DNA of 33,807 bases from a virus (lineage: Duplodnaviria; Heunggongvirae; Uroviricota; Caudoviricetes). This document shows, piece after piece, positions 9,240-17,957 of this stretch (position 1 is the first letter of the stretch; every line of letters begins with the position of its first letter). Below the pieces are notes generated by a model. That model ran no database searches, was not told the origin of the DNA, and saw nothing but the letters and a program-made list of their open reading frames with translations. The stretch spans positions 1 to 33,807 of the IMG/VR virus record IMGVR_UViG_2695420701_000007, one strand, 5' to 3'. The position numbers were made by a program, and so were the translations under genes.

Positions 9240-9968
9240 TTATTTCCTCTTAATGTCCTGCGGCTTTGTCTGCCAGCCATAATTAATGCCCTGCAACTGG
9301 CGGGACAGTATCCGTGCAAATTCCTCGTTACTGACACCAAGGAACTGACGGGGTGGGATGGTTATCGTCCAGCAGCTTTTGGATGGTATGCCTTCCATGC
9401 TGCGGATAATCACGCCTGCCTGCCCTTTCGTGAGCGACGTCCGGATATCTGCCGTTGATGGTTTGCGGCGCGTCCCCTTTTTTTTGCCGCTCACCGTATA
9501 GCCCAGCTTGCGCAGCTTTATCGCCTGACGGCGGGAGCAGGGTTCCTTATTGGCTTTTTCCATCGCGTCGGTTTTCAGCTGCGATGCGTTCACTGTGAAC
9601 GTAACGCCATGGCTCTGGATATATCCCACTGCACCTACGCTGATTTCCCTGTGATTGTGGGGCTGGCGATAGCTCCTGCCTGCTGCGTATATACGCACCG
9701 ATTCTGCTGATGGCATGTCGTGCACTTTCAGAAATTTAGGGAGCCCCTTCAGCAGCGGTCTGTTGCCGTAGCGGCGTTCTGCAAAACTGCTGCCATCAAC
9801 ATTCTTTTGTTCGCGAACATGGCGCTTTGCGGCCGGAATAACGCCGCGTTTTGCGATACGCTGCAGCAGACGCTGTCGTTTTGCCGGGGGGATCTCACCG
9901 TTGGCCAGCATTGTCTGCAGTTGCTTAAGCTGCGTCCGGTTAAGTTCGCCGTGCAGGGAGATGTCCAT
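9240..9968 (-). CDS. Virion morphogenesis / tail completion protein (gpS-like, 242 aa)
   Basis: The N-terminal region (…LLQRIAKRGVIPAAKRHVREQKNVDGSSFAERR…) resembles the phage virion-morphogenesis family (from memory). It lies between the gpR-like and sheath genes. Confidence 0.45.
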   Translation of the reverse strand: MDISLHGELNRTQLKQLQTMLANGEIPPAKRQRLLQRIAKRGVIPAAKRHVREQKNVDGSSFAERRYGNRPLLKGLPKFLKVHDMPSAESVRIYAAGRSYRQPHNHREISVGAVGYIQSHGVTFTVNASQLKTDAMEKANKEPCSRRQAIKLRKLGYTVSGKKKGTRRKPSTADIRTSLTKGQAGVIIRSMEGIPSKSCWTITIPPRQFLGVSNEEFARILSRQLQGINYGWQTKPQDIKRK

Positions 9969-9971
9969 TGT

Positions 9972-10451
9972 TTATTTCCCTGCCCTGATGGTGGATACAG
10001 TGATATTTTCTGCCACCCAGATCTCTGGCTTATCCAGCCGGTAACGGATGCCGCCCATCATGATAAAACCGGCCTCGTCCGGGATCAGAATGATGGGGTC
10101 AGCGAGAGGCATACTGACAGTCACTTCTGCAATGTTGTCGTCCGTGGGTTCGATGTTGACATCCGGCGCATCAAGCTCAAGCTGGCTGTAGTAGTCATTA
10201 GCCTGTTCGTCCCGCCAGACAAGCAGGGCGCATAACAGCAAATCAGGGTCAACCTGACGCCATGGCCAGCGCTGCCAGTCGAACACGGCGTTGTACTGGC
10301 GAATACCCATTCTTATCTGTCCAAGCCCCATGTCTTTCTCAGCGGGCAAAAGACGAATATCACTCATCCACGAATCAAAGCCGGTATTGTCAAACACGGA
10401 AATGTCAAACGCCTGCCGCAGATATGCATAAAGGCTGTCGAACTGGCTCAT
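9972..10451 (-). CDS. Tail completion protein (gpR-like, 159 aa)
   Basis: It follows the gpL-like gene. The segment LLLCALLVWRDEQANDY resembles the P2 gpR segment LLIVPVLAWLRENQPDI (from memory). Confidence 0.4.
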   Translation of the reverse strand: MSQFDSLYAYLRQAFDISVFDNTGFDSWMSDIRLLPAEKDMGLGQIRMGIRQYNAVFDWQRWPWRQVDPDLLLCALLVWRDEQANDYYSQLELDAPDVNIEPTDDNIAEVTVSMPLADPIILIPDEAGFIMMGGIRYRLDKPEIWVAENITVSTIRAGK

Positions 10452-10918
10452 AAGATGTACACCCCCACACGGCCTGCGCCCTGGATAGCACGCAGCACAA
10501 AGGCCGCTTCAGCAAGCAGGGTTTCGCGGGTGTCATTACTGTCGATATTGCTGTCGGCGTGGCGGGTGTTCACCGCCGTAAACTCACCGAGAAGATCGGC
10601 TTTGGCGCGGGCAAAGACCGCTTTTTTGTACTGTGCGCAAAGGGCGCTTTCTCCGTTAAGTTGCGGGCCTTCCACGTCCGCCGCCTGCGCTGTTCCCTGC
10701 ACTACGTAGCGGGATTTCACACCGGTCAGTGCGGTGTTCACCTCAAAGACGGCAGACAATAACGCCTGTTCTGCCAGTGATGCAGGGATATCCAGTGGGA
10801 TAGTTCGGCTTCTGCGAAAATCAGCCATGACCAGATCCGGCCAGAAGCCATCATTTTTAAGCATGCCTGTAGCAGTGTCTGTGTTCTGGTCTGTGCTGTA
10901 GCCTGGTTTCAGGTTCAT
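10448..10918 (-). CDS. Head completion/stabilisation protein (gpL-like, 156 aa)
   Basis: I trimmed track ORF 10448..11119 to the ATG at 10918 (MNLKPGYS…). The longer version would overlap the gpM-like gene by ~100 nt and has a non-protein-like N-terminus. The gene follows gpM as in P2. Confidence 0.55.
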   Translation of the reverse strand: MNLKPGYSTDQNTDTATGMLKNDGFWPDLVMADFRRSRTIPLDIPASLAEQALLSAVFEVNTALTGVKSRYVVQGTAQAADVEGPQLNGESALCAQYKKAVFARAKADLLGEFTAVNTRHADSNIDSNDTRETLLAEAAFVLRAIQGAGRVGVYIL

Positions 10919-11022
10919 GACTGATTCTCTGTGTAGGTCAGGTCGGGCGAACGGTTCCGTGGCATGACTGACGCTTGTGCGTGTCATCCTCACCGTGCCC
11001 GCCTGAAGCCGTGGGGCTTTCG

Positions 11023-11724
11023 TTATACCGCCCGTAATGCGCGCAGACGGGCGGCTATTTTGTTTTGTATGGCGCGAACACCTGCTTTGGGGGTGGTGCT
11101 GTGCGCACGGGCCATCCACTCATCGGCGCTACGTAGTTTCGCCACGTCGTAAATGGCGGCCGGGGTTGTCGGTTTGCCATCGCTGTCCCGTAACAGGTTA
11201 AGACCGGCGAATTTGTACCATCTGGCAACTATATCTTCGTGCAGTGTCCAGTCTTTTTCGATATGGCTCATCACGCGGCTGAAATAGGGCTCGACGGAAA
11301 GGCCTTTATCAAACTGAATCTGTGCCCACTGCATGACCTCATCGGCAACGAACGTTGGCAAATCACGGTCAAAGCGTGGTGGCATGGGTTGATTCTGCCC
11401 GATGGCGATATCGGCCCATTCCAGGGCTTTGTCCATTTCGCCGGTATCAAACAGCCAGACGATGCACCAGGTAAACGGGATGTATTTGTACTCCTCGCCG
11501 CTTTGCAGCCACGCCTCAATCGTCGGCATCCAGCGCGGCAGCAGGGATTCACGCTTGAATGCCACACGATCGGCGTTGGTGGCGCAACTGCTCACAGCCC
11601 TGCAGTCGATTTCCAGTTGCGCCAGTTGCAGATGAAGACTGTCGCGTACGGTCAGTGCCTCGTGGCGTTCCATCGCCTGCTGCGCGGCCAGTCTGGCTCT
11701 GAACTTTTGCGCCGGAGTCTGCAT
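11023..11724 (-). CDS. Terminase small/endonuclease subunit (gpM-like, 233 aa)
   Basis: Position in the O-N-M-L order. Overall resemblance to P2 gpM (…LLPRWMPTIEAWL… versus the P2 …LLPFWLPWVNGVL… region, from memory). Confidence 0.65.
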   Translation of the reverse strand: MQTPAQKFRARLAAQQAMERHEALTVRDSLHLQLAQLEIDCRAVSSCATNADRVAFKRESLLPRWMPTIEAWLQSGEEYKYIPFTWCIVWLFDTGEMDKALEWADIAIGQNQPMPPRFDRDLPTFVADEVMQWAQIQFDKGLSVEPYFSRVMSHIEKDWTLHEDIVARWYKFAGLNLLRDSDGKPTTPAAIYDVAKLRSADEWMARAHSTTPKAGVRAIQNKIAARLRALRAV

Positions 11725-11735
11725 ACGTCAGACCG

Positions 11736-12785
11736 TTATGCTACCTGGTTTGGTTTCGCATGTTCAGGTGATGGCAGTCCCGCCAGTTCAATGTTGTCAA
11801 ATGAACCGTAGAGTGCGTCATATTCCACGGCGCAACCCTGCATACGCAGCCAGTTGTTTTCGAAGCGTTTGCGGTCATCAATCCATTCAGCACGGCGTTG
11901 CTGTGTTCCGCGCTGGAAGTACATATGCAGATTCCAGAGCGTGGTGACAACCAGGCGGTTATCCGGCATAAATGGCGGACTGAATGACTTGCGTCCGGCG
12001 ATCTCACGGTTGATAAGCTGGGCGGCGACTTTTTCTGTCGGGCGGTCGATGCGGTTCAGCATACTGACCGTATCTGCTGCGATAATGTTCTGTGATACCA
12101 GTACAACCAGATCCGGGTGTTGACGGAATTCGGGTGGAATGCAGGTATTAATTACATCGGCGGCAATAGCATCAACAGACGTAAAATCAGCCCCGGTTCC
12201 TGTACGGTTCAATACGACCTTGTCAGTAATGATCTGTTTTGGTGTGCGCGCTTTAACAATCTGATGCCATCCCGGGTGAATATCTTCCCCGTTCGGGCAG
12301 GTATCAGGATTGGTTTCATCTGCGGCATGCGTACCGTTCAGTGCCACGCGTAACAGGTCGTTGGTGACTGACTTGTAAAAGAACGCCTGAAGACGGTTAT
12401 AGAACTCGTTTTCGGTGCCTGCGTTTGCCCAGTTGGTCAGGGTGGTGTAGTCCAGGAATGAACCGGAATCCACTTCGTAAAGCTTGTACTCGTTGCCTTC
12501 ACTCCCCAGCGCTTTATTGAAGCGTCCGTCTTTCTTGCGCCCGGTATACAGCCCCGGAATTCCGGTACTGACTACCTGGCCGACAAGCTGTTCGACCAGC
12601 ATGACGGTGATCTTGCCCATGAACGGGTCGGCATTCTCAATCAGGGCATCGCGTAGCAGGGTTTCACGTGGTGGGCTGATGGTAAAAAACTGTTGTGCTG
12701 TAAATACGCCATTGGCTTTTGCCATCGAAATGGCGTAATTACGCAAAAACTTTTGCGCCTGTGGTGATAACATCTGTGCGGCCAT
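11736..12785 (-). CDS. Major capsid protein (gpN-like, 349 aa)
   Basis: Shared landmarks with P2 gpN from memory: HPDLVVLVSQ versus DPDLVVIVGR, and the C-terminal RRAEWIDDRKRFENNWLRMQGCAVEYD versus RRVIEENPKLDRVENYESMNIDYVVEDY. Confidence 0.85.
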   Translation of the reverse strand: MAAQMLSPQAQKFLRNYAISMAKANGVFTAQQFFTISPPRETLLRDALIENADPFMGKITVMLVEQLVGQVVSTGIPGLYTGRKKDGRFNKALGSEGNEYKLYEVDSGSFLDYTTLTNWANAGTENEFYNRLQAFFYKSVTNDLLRVALNGTHAADETNPDTCPNGEDIHPGWHQIVKARTPKQIITDKVVLNRTGTGADFTSVDAIAADVINTCIPPEFRQHPDLVVLVSQNIIAADTVSMLNRIDRPTEKVAAQLINREIAGRKSFSPPFMPDNRLVVTTLWNLHMYFQRGTQQRRAEWIDDRKRFENNWLRMQGCAVEYDALYGSFDNIELAGLPSPEHAKPNQVA

Positions 12786-12832
12786 TGGTTTTTCTCCGGT
12801 TGGTCCTTTTGTCTGTTTTTCTCAACGACCGC

Positions 12833-13945
12833 TTACAGCGGTTCAAACTGCGCGGGTTGTTCGCCGGGGGCTGCGCCCGGCGTCGGTGTGCGCTGGCTTT
12901 CAATGACCGAAAAACGCTGGCTCAGATTTTCGATTGCACTGGTAAGCGTTGTCAGTGTGGCGGCGTCGGCCTCATCATCTTTTTCCGTCTTCCGGGTACT
13001 GAAATTCTGCGCTGCGGCTGGCGCTGGCTGTTGTCCGCCATTACGGGCGGCGATACGTGCCTGGAGTTTTGCGGTTTCAGCATCCTGTGGCTGCACCGTA
13101 AAGGTGTTAAGTGCGGTCTGTAGCTCCGTCACGGCGGTGGTGTAGTTCTGGCGTGCCGTGTCGTCTTTCGGGTTGATGGCCAGTGTGTCAGTGGCAACGG
13201 AAAGCTTTTCACTCAGCTCCGCAACGTGATTAGCGTGAGCGCTGAAATCCCCGGTTACTGGCTGTGTGTCTGCTGTTGCGGATGCCGTGGGCTGCGCCGG
13301 TGCGGGTTGCTGTGCCTGTGGTTGCGTGTTCGCCTGCGCGTCAATTTTTGCCGTCAGAGTGACAATCTGGGCTAGCAACTGGTTCGCCTGTTCTTTAGTC
13401 ATGGATTTATCCTCATGATGGTTTGTTGGGGTGTCAGCGACCAGCGTCAGACGCCCAAGACTGAACATTTCAATATTTCCAGCGGCGGCATACTGCGGAC
13501 GTGAGCCCTGTGTGTTGTTTTCCACTGATTTGATTTCCATGCGCTGGGTTCCCAGACTTGCCGGACTGTCGGTTGCTGCCAGCCCGTACAGATAGGTTTG
13601 CCCGGTGTTGGCATAGTTCTCCCAGAACTCGCACGAGGTAAAGAGCTTCTGGCCGCGATCGTTAAGGTTAACCAGCGCCTGGTTAGGCTCCAGCTTCGCC
13701 ATAAGGCGCAGTCTTCCGGCGTCTTCTTTAGCCGCCAGCTCGGAAACAAGCCCCAGATTGGGGGTAAATTCTCGCTCCTGAAGACTGTATACGGGGTGAT
13801 TAGGCCAGATCATCGCTGTGTATCTGGCGGTGCTGTAGTTGTCAGCGGCCTGCTGGATCATTTCGCGGGTAATGGGGCGACCGTCGATGGCGTAGCCTTC
13901 GGTTGCTATGCATATCCAGTCAGTGGTGTATTTCTGCTTTGCCAT
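12833..13945 (-). CDS. Capsid scaffolding protein (gpO-like, 370 aa)
   Basis: Start set at ATG 13945 (MAKQKYTTDWICIATEGYAIDGRPITREMIQQAADNY…), which parallels the P2 gpO N-terminus. The Q/P/A-rich middle and coiled C-terminus are typical of scaffolds. Confidence 0.75.
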   Translation of the reverse strand: MAKQKYTTDWICIATEGYAIDGRPITREMIQQAADNYSTARYTAMIWPNHPVYSLQEREFTPNLGLVSELAAKEDAGRLRLMAKLEPNQALVNLNDRGQKLFTSCEFWENYANTGQTYLYGLAATDSPASLGTQRMEIKSVENNTQGSRPQYAAAGNIEMFSLGRLTLVADTPTNHHEDKSMTKEQANQLLAQIVTLTAKIDAQANTQPQAQQPAPAQPTASATADTQPVTGDFSAHANHVAELSEKLSVATDTLAINPKDDTARQNYTTAVTELQTALNTFTVQPQDAETAKLQARIAARNGGQQPAPAAAQNFSTRKTEKDDEADAATLTTLTSAIENLSQRFSVIESQRTPTPGAAPGEQPAQFEPL

Positions 13946-14102
13946 TTCATTACCGCTTTTTGATGTATCTGGCGGTATTATTGCGGCTGTTTTCGCGGGT
14001 TTCATTCGTTCTGAATCCGGGCTTTTCGTATATGATTTTATGTGCGAAAAATGCCAAAATTTAACGATATTTCAGAGTGTTATTGCTCTTTATGATGGGC
14101 GA

Positions 14103-15926
14103 ATGAAATATACCGAAGAAGTCAGGGACGCTGCCCGCGCCCTGTATCTGAAATTCAGTACACCAAAAGAGATAGCGGCCACGCTGGGGCTTCCTGTGCG
14201 TACCGTTTATAACTGGGCTGTCCGGGGGCAATGGAATGAAATGTTACCAGCCGAGTCGGTGGAAGTGGCTGTCGCCCGGCGAGTGGAACGACTGACCTGC
14301 AAGGATGGTAAAAGCGAGCTTGAGCTTGAAGAGCTGCGCTTCCTGATATCCCAGCACGTCAGGCTGATGGCGCAGAAGAACAAACATGCTGAACGGATGG
14401 AAGAGATCCGGGCGATGGTCAATACCGGCGTGGTGGTCAATGATGGCCGACAGGGTAGCAGTGAAGAAGGGAATGACGAAGGTGGTAAAAAAAGGAAGCG
14501 ACTACGTAAAAATGATGTCGGCGGACTGACAAAAGAAATATTTGATGAAAAAGCGAATGGTCATCTGTTTGAATATCAGCAATATGTGCGTGAGCACGGC
14601 GACGAACTGTTCCGCTTCATTCTGAAAGGGCGACAGGAAGGATTTACCTACTATTTTGCATGGGAAGGGTTTGAAAAGGCCGTTCTCACGGGCAAGAATC
14701 AGATATTCTTTTCCGCCAGTAAACCCCAGGCGGAAGTTTTCCGTTTCTATATTCTCAGTATTGCGCAGCAATTCTTTGGTGTCGAGCTTAAAGGCAACCC
14801 GATTCGCCTCAGCAATGGTGCGATACTGCGTTTTCTGGCGACCAATCCCAATACGGCGCAGTCCTACAGTGGCGACCTGTACGGGGATGAGGTCTTCTGG
14901 ATACCGAAATTTGCCCGCCTGCATGAAGTGGCGTCAGCGATGGCGACGCATGACGAATTCCGTATTACCTACTTTTCAACCCCCAGCGCTAAAACGCACC
15001 AGGCTTACAGGCTGTGGACAGGGGATGAATGGAAGGGCGACGATCCGAAACGTAAGGCGGCGGAGTTCCCGACCAGCAAGGAATTGCGTAAAGGTGGACG
15101 GGTCTGCCCTGACGGGATCTGGCGCTATGTCATCACTATGGAGGATGCGTGCGCTAAGGGACTCAGTGCCAGAGTTAACATTGAGAAGCTGCGTAACCGC
15201 TACAGCGCCACGGCGTTTGCCATGCTGTACATGTGTGAGTTCACTGACTCCCGCGACACAGTATTTAAATTCTCAGACCTTGAAAAATGTGAGGTTGAGT
15301 TCGGCATCTGGCAGGACTTCGACCCCTCCGCATTACGGCCTTTTGGTAATCGTGAGGTGTGGGGCGGTTTTGATCCGTCACGAACGGGTGATAACTCAAC
15401 ATTTGTTATTGTGGCCCCGCCTGTTGAGTCTAAAGAAAAATTTCGCGTGCTGGCTGTCTACCAGTGGGTGGGGCTTAACTTCACCTGGCAGGTTAAGCAG
15501 ATTGAAGAATTAATGAAACGCTACCGGTTTACGCATATCGGGGTGGATATCACGGGTATTGGCCGGGGTGTTTATGATCAACTGGTACGCTCCGCACCGC
15601 GTGAGGTGATGGGGATTAACTACAGTGTTGATAATAAAAATAAACTGGTGCTTAAGATGATTGACCTCATTGAGCGGCGACGTATCCAGTGGGTGAAAGA
15701 TGCGGTTGATGAGGTGACAAAAGAACGTGCCGATATCCCGCTGGCATTTATGGCCATCCGCCGTGTAATGACTGCCAGTCAGAACGCAATGACGTTCGCC
15801 GCCGAACGCAGCGAAACGACCGGTCACGCGGACGTATTTTTTGCCATATCGCACGCGGTCTGTAATGAACCGCTCGACTATGAATATGACCGCCCCTCGG
15901 TGTGGGCATTCGGGAAGGCTGCATGA
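14103..15926 (+). CDS. Terminase large (ATPase) subunit (gpP-like, 607 aa)
   Basis: Start set at ATG 14103 (MKYTEEVRDAARALYLKFSTPKEIA…). The ILKGRQEGFTYYFAWE segment is of the P2 gpP ATPase-motif type. The gene is divergent from the scaffold gene as in P2. Confidence 0.85.
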   Translation: MKYTEEVRDAARALYLKFSTPKEIAATLGLPVRTVYNWAVRGQWNEMLPAESVEVAVARRVERLTCKDGKSELELEELRFLISQHVRLMAQKNKHAERMEEIRAMVNTGVVVNDGRQGSSEEGNDEGGKKRKRLRKNDVGGLTKEIFDEKANGHLFEYQQYVREHGDELFRFILKGRQEGFTYYFAWEGFEKAVLTGKNQIFFSASKPQAEVFRFYILSIAQQFFGVELKGNPIRLSNGAILRFLATNPNTAQSYSGDLYGDEVFWIPKFARLHEVASAMATHDEFRITYFSTPSAKTHQAYRLWTGDEWKGDDPKRKAAEFPTSKELRKGGRVCPDGIWRYVITMEDACAKGLSARVNIEKLRNRYSATAFAMLYMCEFTDSRDTVFKFSDLEKCEVEFGIWQDFDPSALRPFGNREVWGGFDPSRTGDNSTFVIVAPPVESKEKFRVLAVYQWVGLNFTWQVKQIEELMKRYRFTHIGVDITGIGRGVYDQLVRSAPREVMGINYSVDNKNKLVLKMIDLIERRRIQWVKDAVDEVTKERADIPLAFMAIRRVMTASQNAMTFAAERSETTGHADVFFAISHAVCNEPLDYEYDRPSVWAFGKAA

Positions 15927-16978
15927 GTAAACGTAAAAGCGCACGCCTGCGTAAACGGGCACAGACAGAAAATTTTACTCCCGGACGCGGCAATATTATC
16001 ACTTTCGGGGAGCCGGAACCGATACTGACTACCGGCACGGAATACATCAACGTCTGGTATAACGGTAGCTACAACTACTGGACACTACCAATAGACAGAC
16101 TTGCGCTCGCGCAGTTGCCGAATCTTAACGCCCAGCATGGCGGCGTACTGTATGCACGCAAAAATATGGTGTGTGCCAGCTACCAGGGGGGTGGACTGAC
16201 GACCGATCAGATGGAAATGGCTGTCTTTGACTACCTGCTGTTTGGTGATGTGGCCATTCTGAAGGTCCGTAACGGGTGGGGACGGGTGGTGGCGCTGGCA
16301 CCATTACCGTCTTTGTATCTGCGTCGCAGCAAGCAACTTGATTTTATCGTGTTACAGGAGGGCGAGCCGCTGGTCTATTCGCCGTCTGATGTTGTGTTTT
16401 TACGTATGCATGATCCGCGACAGCAGATTTATGGACTGCCTGATTATATCGGTGGTATTCATTCAGCGTTACTGAACAGTGAGGCGACCATTTTCAGACG
16501 TCGCTACTATCACAACGGTGCGCATATGGGGTTCATCATGTACGCGTCCGACCCGAATATGTCTGTTGAGGCTGAAGAAGCTATACGTAAAAAAATAGAG
16601 AGCGGTAACGGGCTTGGGAATTTCCGTAACATGTTTATCAGTATCCCAAAAGGGCAACCGGACGGGATTAAAATTATTCCGGTTGGGGATATTCAGCAAA
16701 AAGATGAGTTTTCAAATGTGAAGAATATCAGCGCTCAGGATGTTCTTACGGCGCACCGCTTTCCGGCTGGTCTTGCCGGTATTATCCCGCAAAATGCGAG
16801 CGGACTTGGCGATCCCGATAAGGCAAGGACAACCTATGGACGGGATGAAGTGACACCTGTCTGCCGTAAATTCATGCAGGCTGTGAACAGCGATCCCGAA
16901 ATCCCCCCGTCGTTACACCTTAATTTTACGCTGGAAGATGTGGAAAATGTGGTGTCTGCGCTGGCTGATGAAAAATAA
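15923..16978 (+). CDS. Portal protein (gpQ-like, 351 aa)
   Basis: ATG at 15923 overlaps the terminase stop (ATGA). Size and its position after gpP match the P2 P-Q operon. Confidence 0.8.
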   Translation: MSKRKSARLRKRAQTENFTPGRGNIITFGEPEPILTTGTEYINVWYNGSYNYWTLPIDRLALAQLPNLNAQHGGVLYARKNMVCASYQGGGLTTDQMEMAVFDYLLFGDVAILKVRNGWGRVVALAPLPSLYLRRSKQLDFIVLQEGEPLVYSPSDVVFLRMHDPRQQIYGLPDYIGGIHSALLNSEATIFRRRYYHNGAHMGFIMYASDPNMSVEAEEAIRKKIESGNGLGNFRNMFISIPKGQPDGIKIIPVGDIQQKDEFSNVKNISAQDVLTAHRFPAGLAGIIPQNASGLGDPDKARTTYGRDEVTPVCRKFMQAVNSDPEIPPSLHLNFTLEDVENVVSALADEK

Positions 16979-17028
16979 CCCGAAAAAGACTATATTACCC
17001 CTGCAACCGGTCAGATTGTGGGGGGGTT

Positions 17029-17304
17029 ATGGCGGGTGTGATGAAAATTGAATGTCCGGCGTGTCACTGCCGGGCGGCTATACGCAAAACTGCATGGCAG
17101 GATGACGCAAAAACGCTGGCGGTAGTTTATTGCACCTGCACTAATTCTGACTGCAATATGCGTTTTTCGCTCAATCTTTCCGATCTTCGCGTGATTTCAC
17201 CCAGTGACCTGCAAACTGATGGTGTCGTTAAAGCATTGCTCCAGCGCCTTAAACCAGACGAAAGGCAAATGGCACTGGATATTCTGCTCAGTGATGGCGC
17301 GTAA
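17029..17304 (+). CDS. Ogr/Delta-family zinc-finger late-gene activator (start 17029 or 17041)
   Basis: The sequence MKIECPACHCRAAIRKT…YCTCTNSDCNMRF gives the CxxC…CxC-x4-C pattern of P2 Ogr / P4 Delta. Confidence 0.8.
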   Translation: MAGVMKIECPACHCRAAIRKTAWQDDAKTLAVVYCTCTNSDCNMRFSLNLSDLRVISPSDLQTDGVVKALLQRLKPDERQMALDILLSDGA

Positions 17305-17438
17305 GTGCCATTCTGTGGGGCGGTGGATCTTCCGCTTCCTCGCCCTGACAGACTCACCGCTATGCGGTTCGCTAATCAGGGGCTGCGGCGAGCGGTTTTG
17401 CACAATATGATCCAGTACAGCAACAGAGAGATTTAGTT

Positions 17439-17957
17439 TTATTCGAAGCTGGCAAGAATCTGTTCTCGAACAGAAGATTTCATCGTTAACCCACGATCCA
17501 GGAAAAATTGGAAATGCATTAAGGCTTGTTGTTTGTGGATAAATCTCCTGCGCACAGCCTCCTGGAGTAGCCCTCCGTGGCGGGCGGCTTTTACACCGCG
17601 TTCCGCACACGTTTTATAAACCGCATTATCCGCCGAAAGACATGTTGCATCATGTATTCTCGCGTTAACAACGCAGCTTATGTCCGCATACTTCAATGCT
17701 CTCCTGCGATTTTTTATCTCAGCCATTTCAATAAAATGTTCAGGTTCGTAATCATTGGTGAAATTGTATGGAAGTTGCAGGCGTGTAAGCTGTTCCTGAA
17801 CATCAAGATTGTATTTAGCTTTTAGTTCCTCGCAGACATAGGGGTCAATCCACACACCACCCGGGTAAATTTGCCAGATAAGATCTAAGCATTTACCTTC
17901 GTAAAAATCAGACAGTACATTCGTATCGATAACACATCTGGGGCATTCAAACGGCAT
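17439..17957 (-). CDS. PIN-domain nuclease (putative toxin/effector, 172 aa)
   Basis: Start set at ATG 17957 (AGGAGG 9 nt upstream), overlapping the upstream gene by 11 nt. It has the PIN hallmarks CVIDTNVLSDF (first Asp), VCEELK (Glu) and ATCLSADNAVYKTCAERG (distal Asp), plus a helical C-terminal extension. Confidence 0.75.
   Translation of the reverse strand: MPFECPRCVIDTNVLSDFYEGKCLDLIWQIYPGGVWIDPYVCEELKAKYNLDVQEQLTRLQLPYNFTNDYEPEHFIEMAEIKNRRRALKYADISCVVNARIHDATCLSADNAVYKTCAERGVKAARHGGLLQEAVRRRFIHKQQALMHFQFFLDRGLTMKSSVREQILASFE

Noticed and set aside
10919-11119. Longer 223-aa version of the gpL-like ORF
   Set aside because: The extra 67 codons overlap the 3' end of the gpM-like gene and read as Arg/Ser/His-rich junk. 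The ATG at 10918 gives a normal protein.
13908-14102. N-terminal extension of the terminase ORF (and likewise 13946..14005 for the scaffold ORF)
   Set aside because: The extensions would make the divergent genes overlap each other's promoter region and encode hydrophobic junk. The internal starts (14103, 13945) give N-termini that parallel P2 gpP and gpO.
13946-14102. P2-type Ogr-responsive late promoter dyad (TGT-N12-ACA) in the divergent scaffold/terminase region
   Set aside because: I scanned the interval by eye and found no convincing TGT-N12-ACA dyad. Late promoters surely exist here, but I cannot place them.
14656-15513. 285-aa plus-strand ORF in an alternative frame of the terminase gene
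   Set aside because: It lies entirely inside the well-supported terminase frame and has an Arg/Ser-rich, low-complexity composition typical of an off-frame GC-rich artefact.
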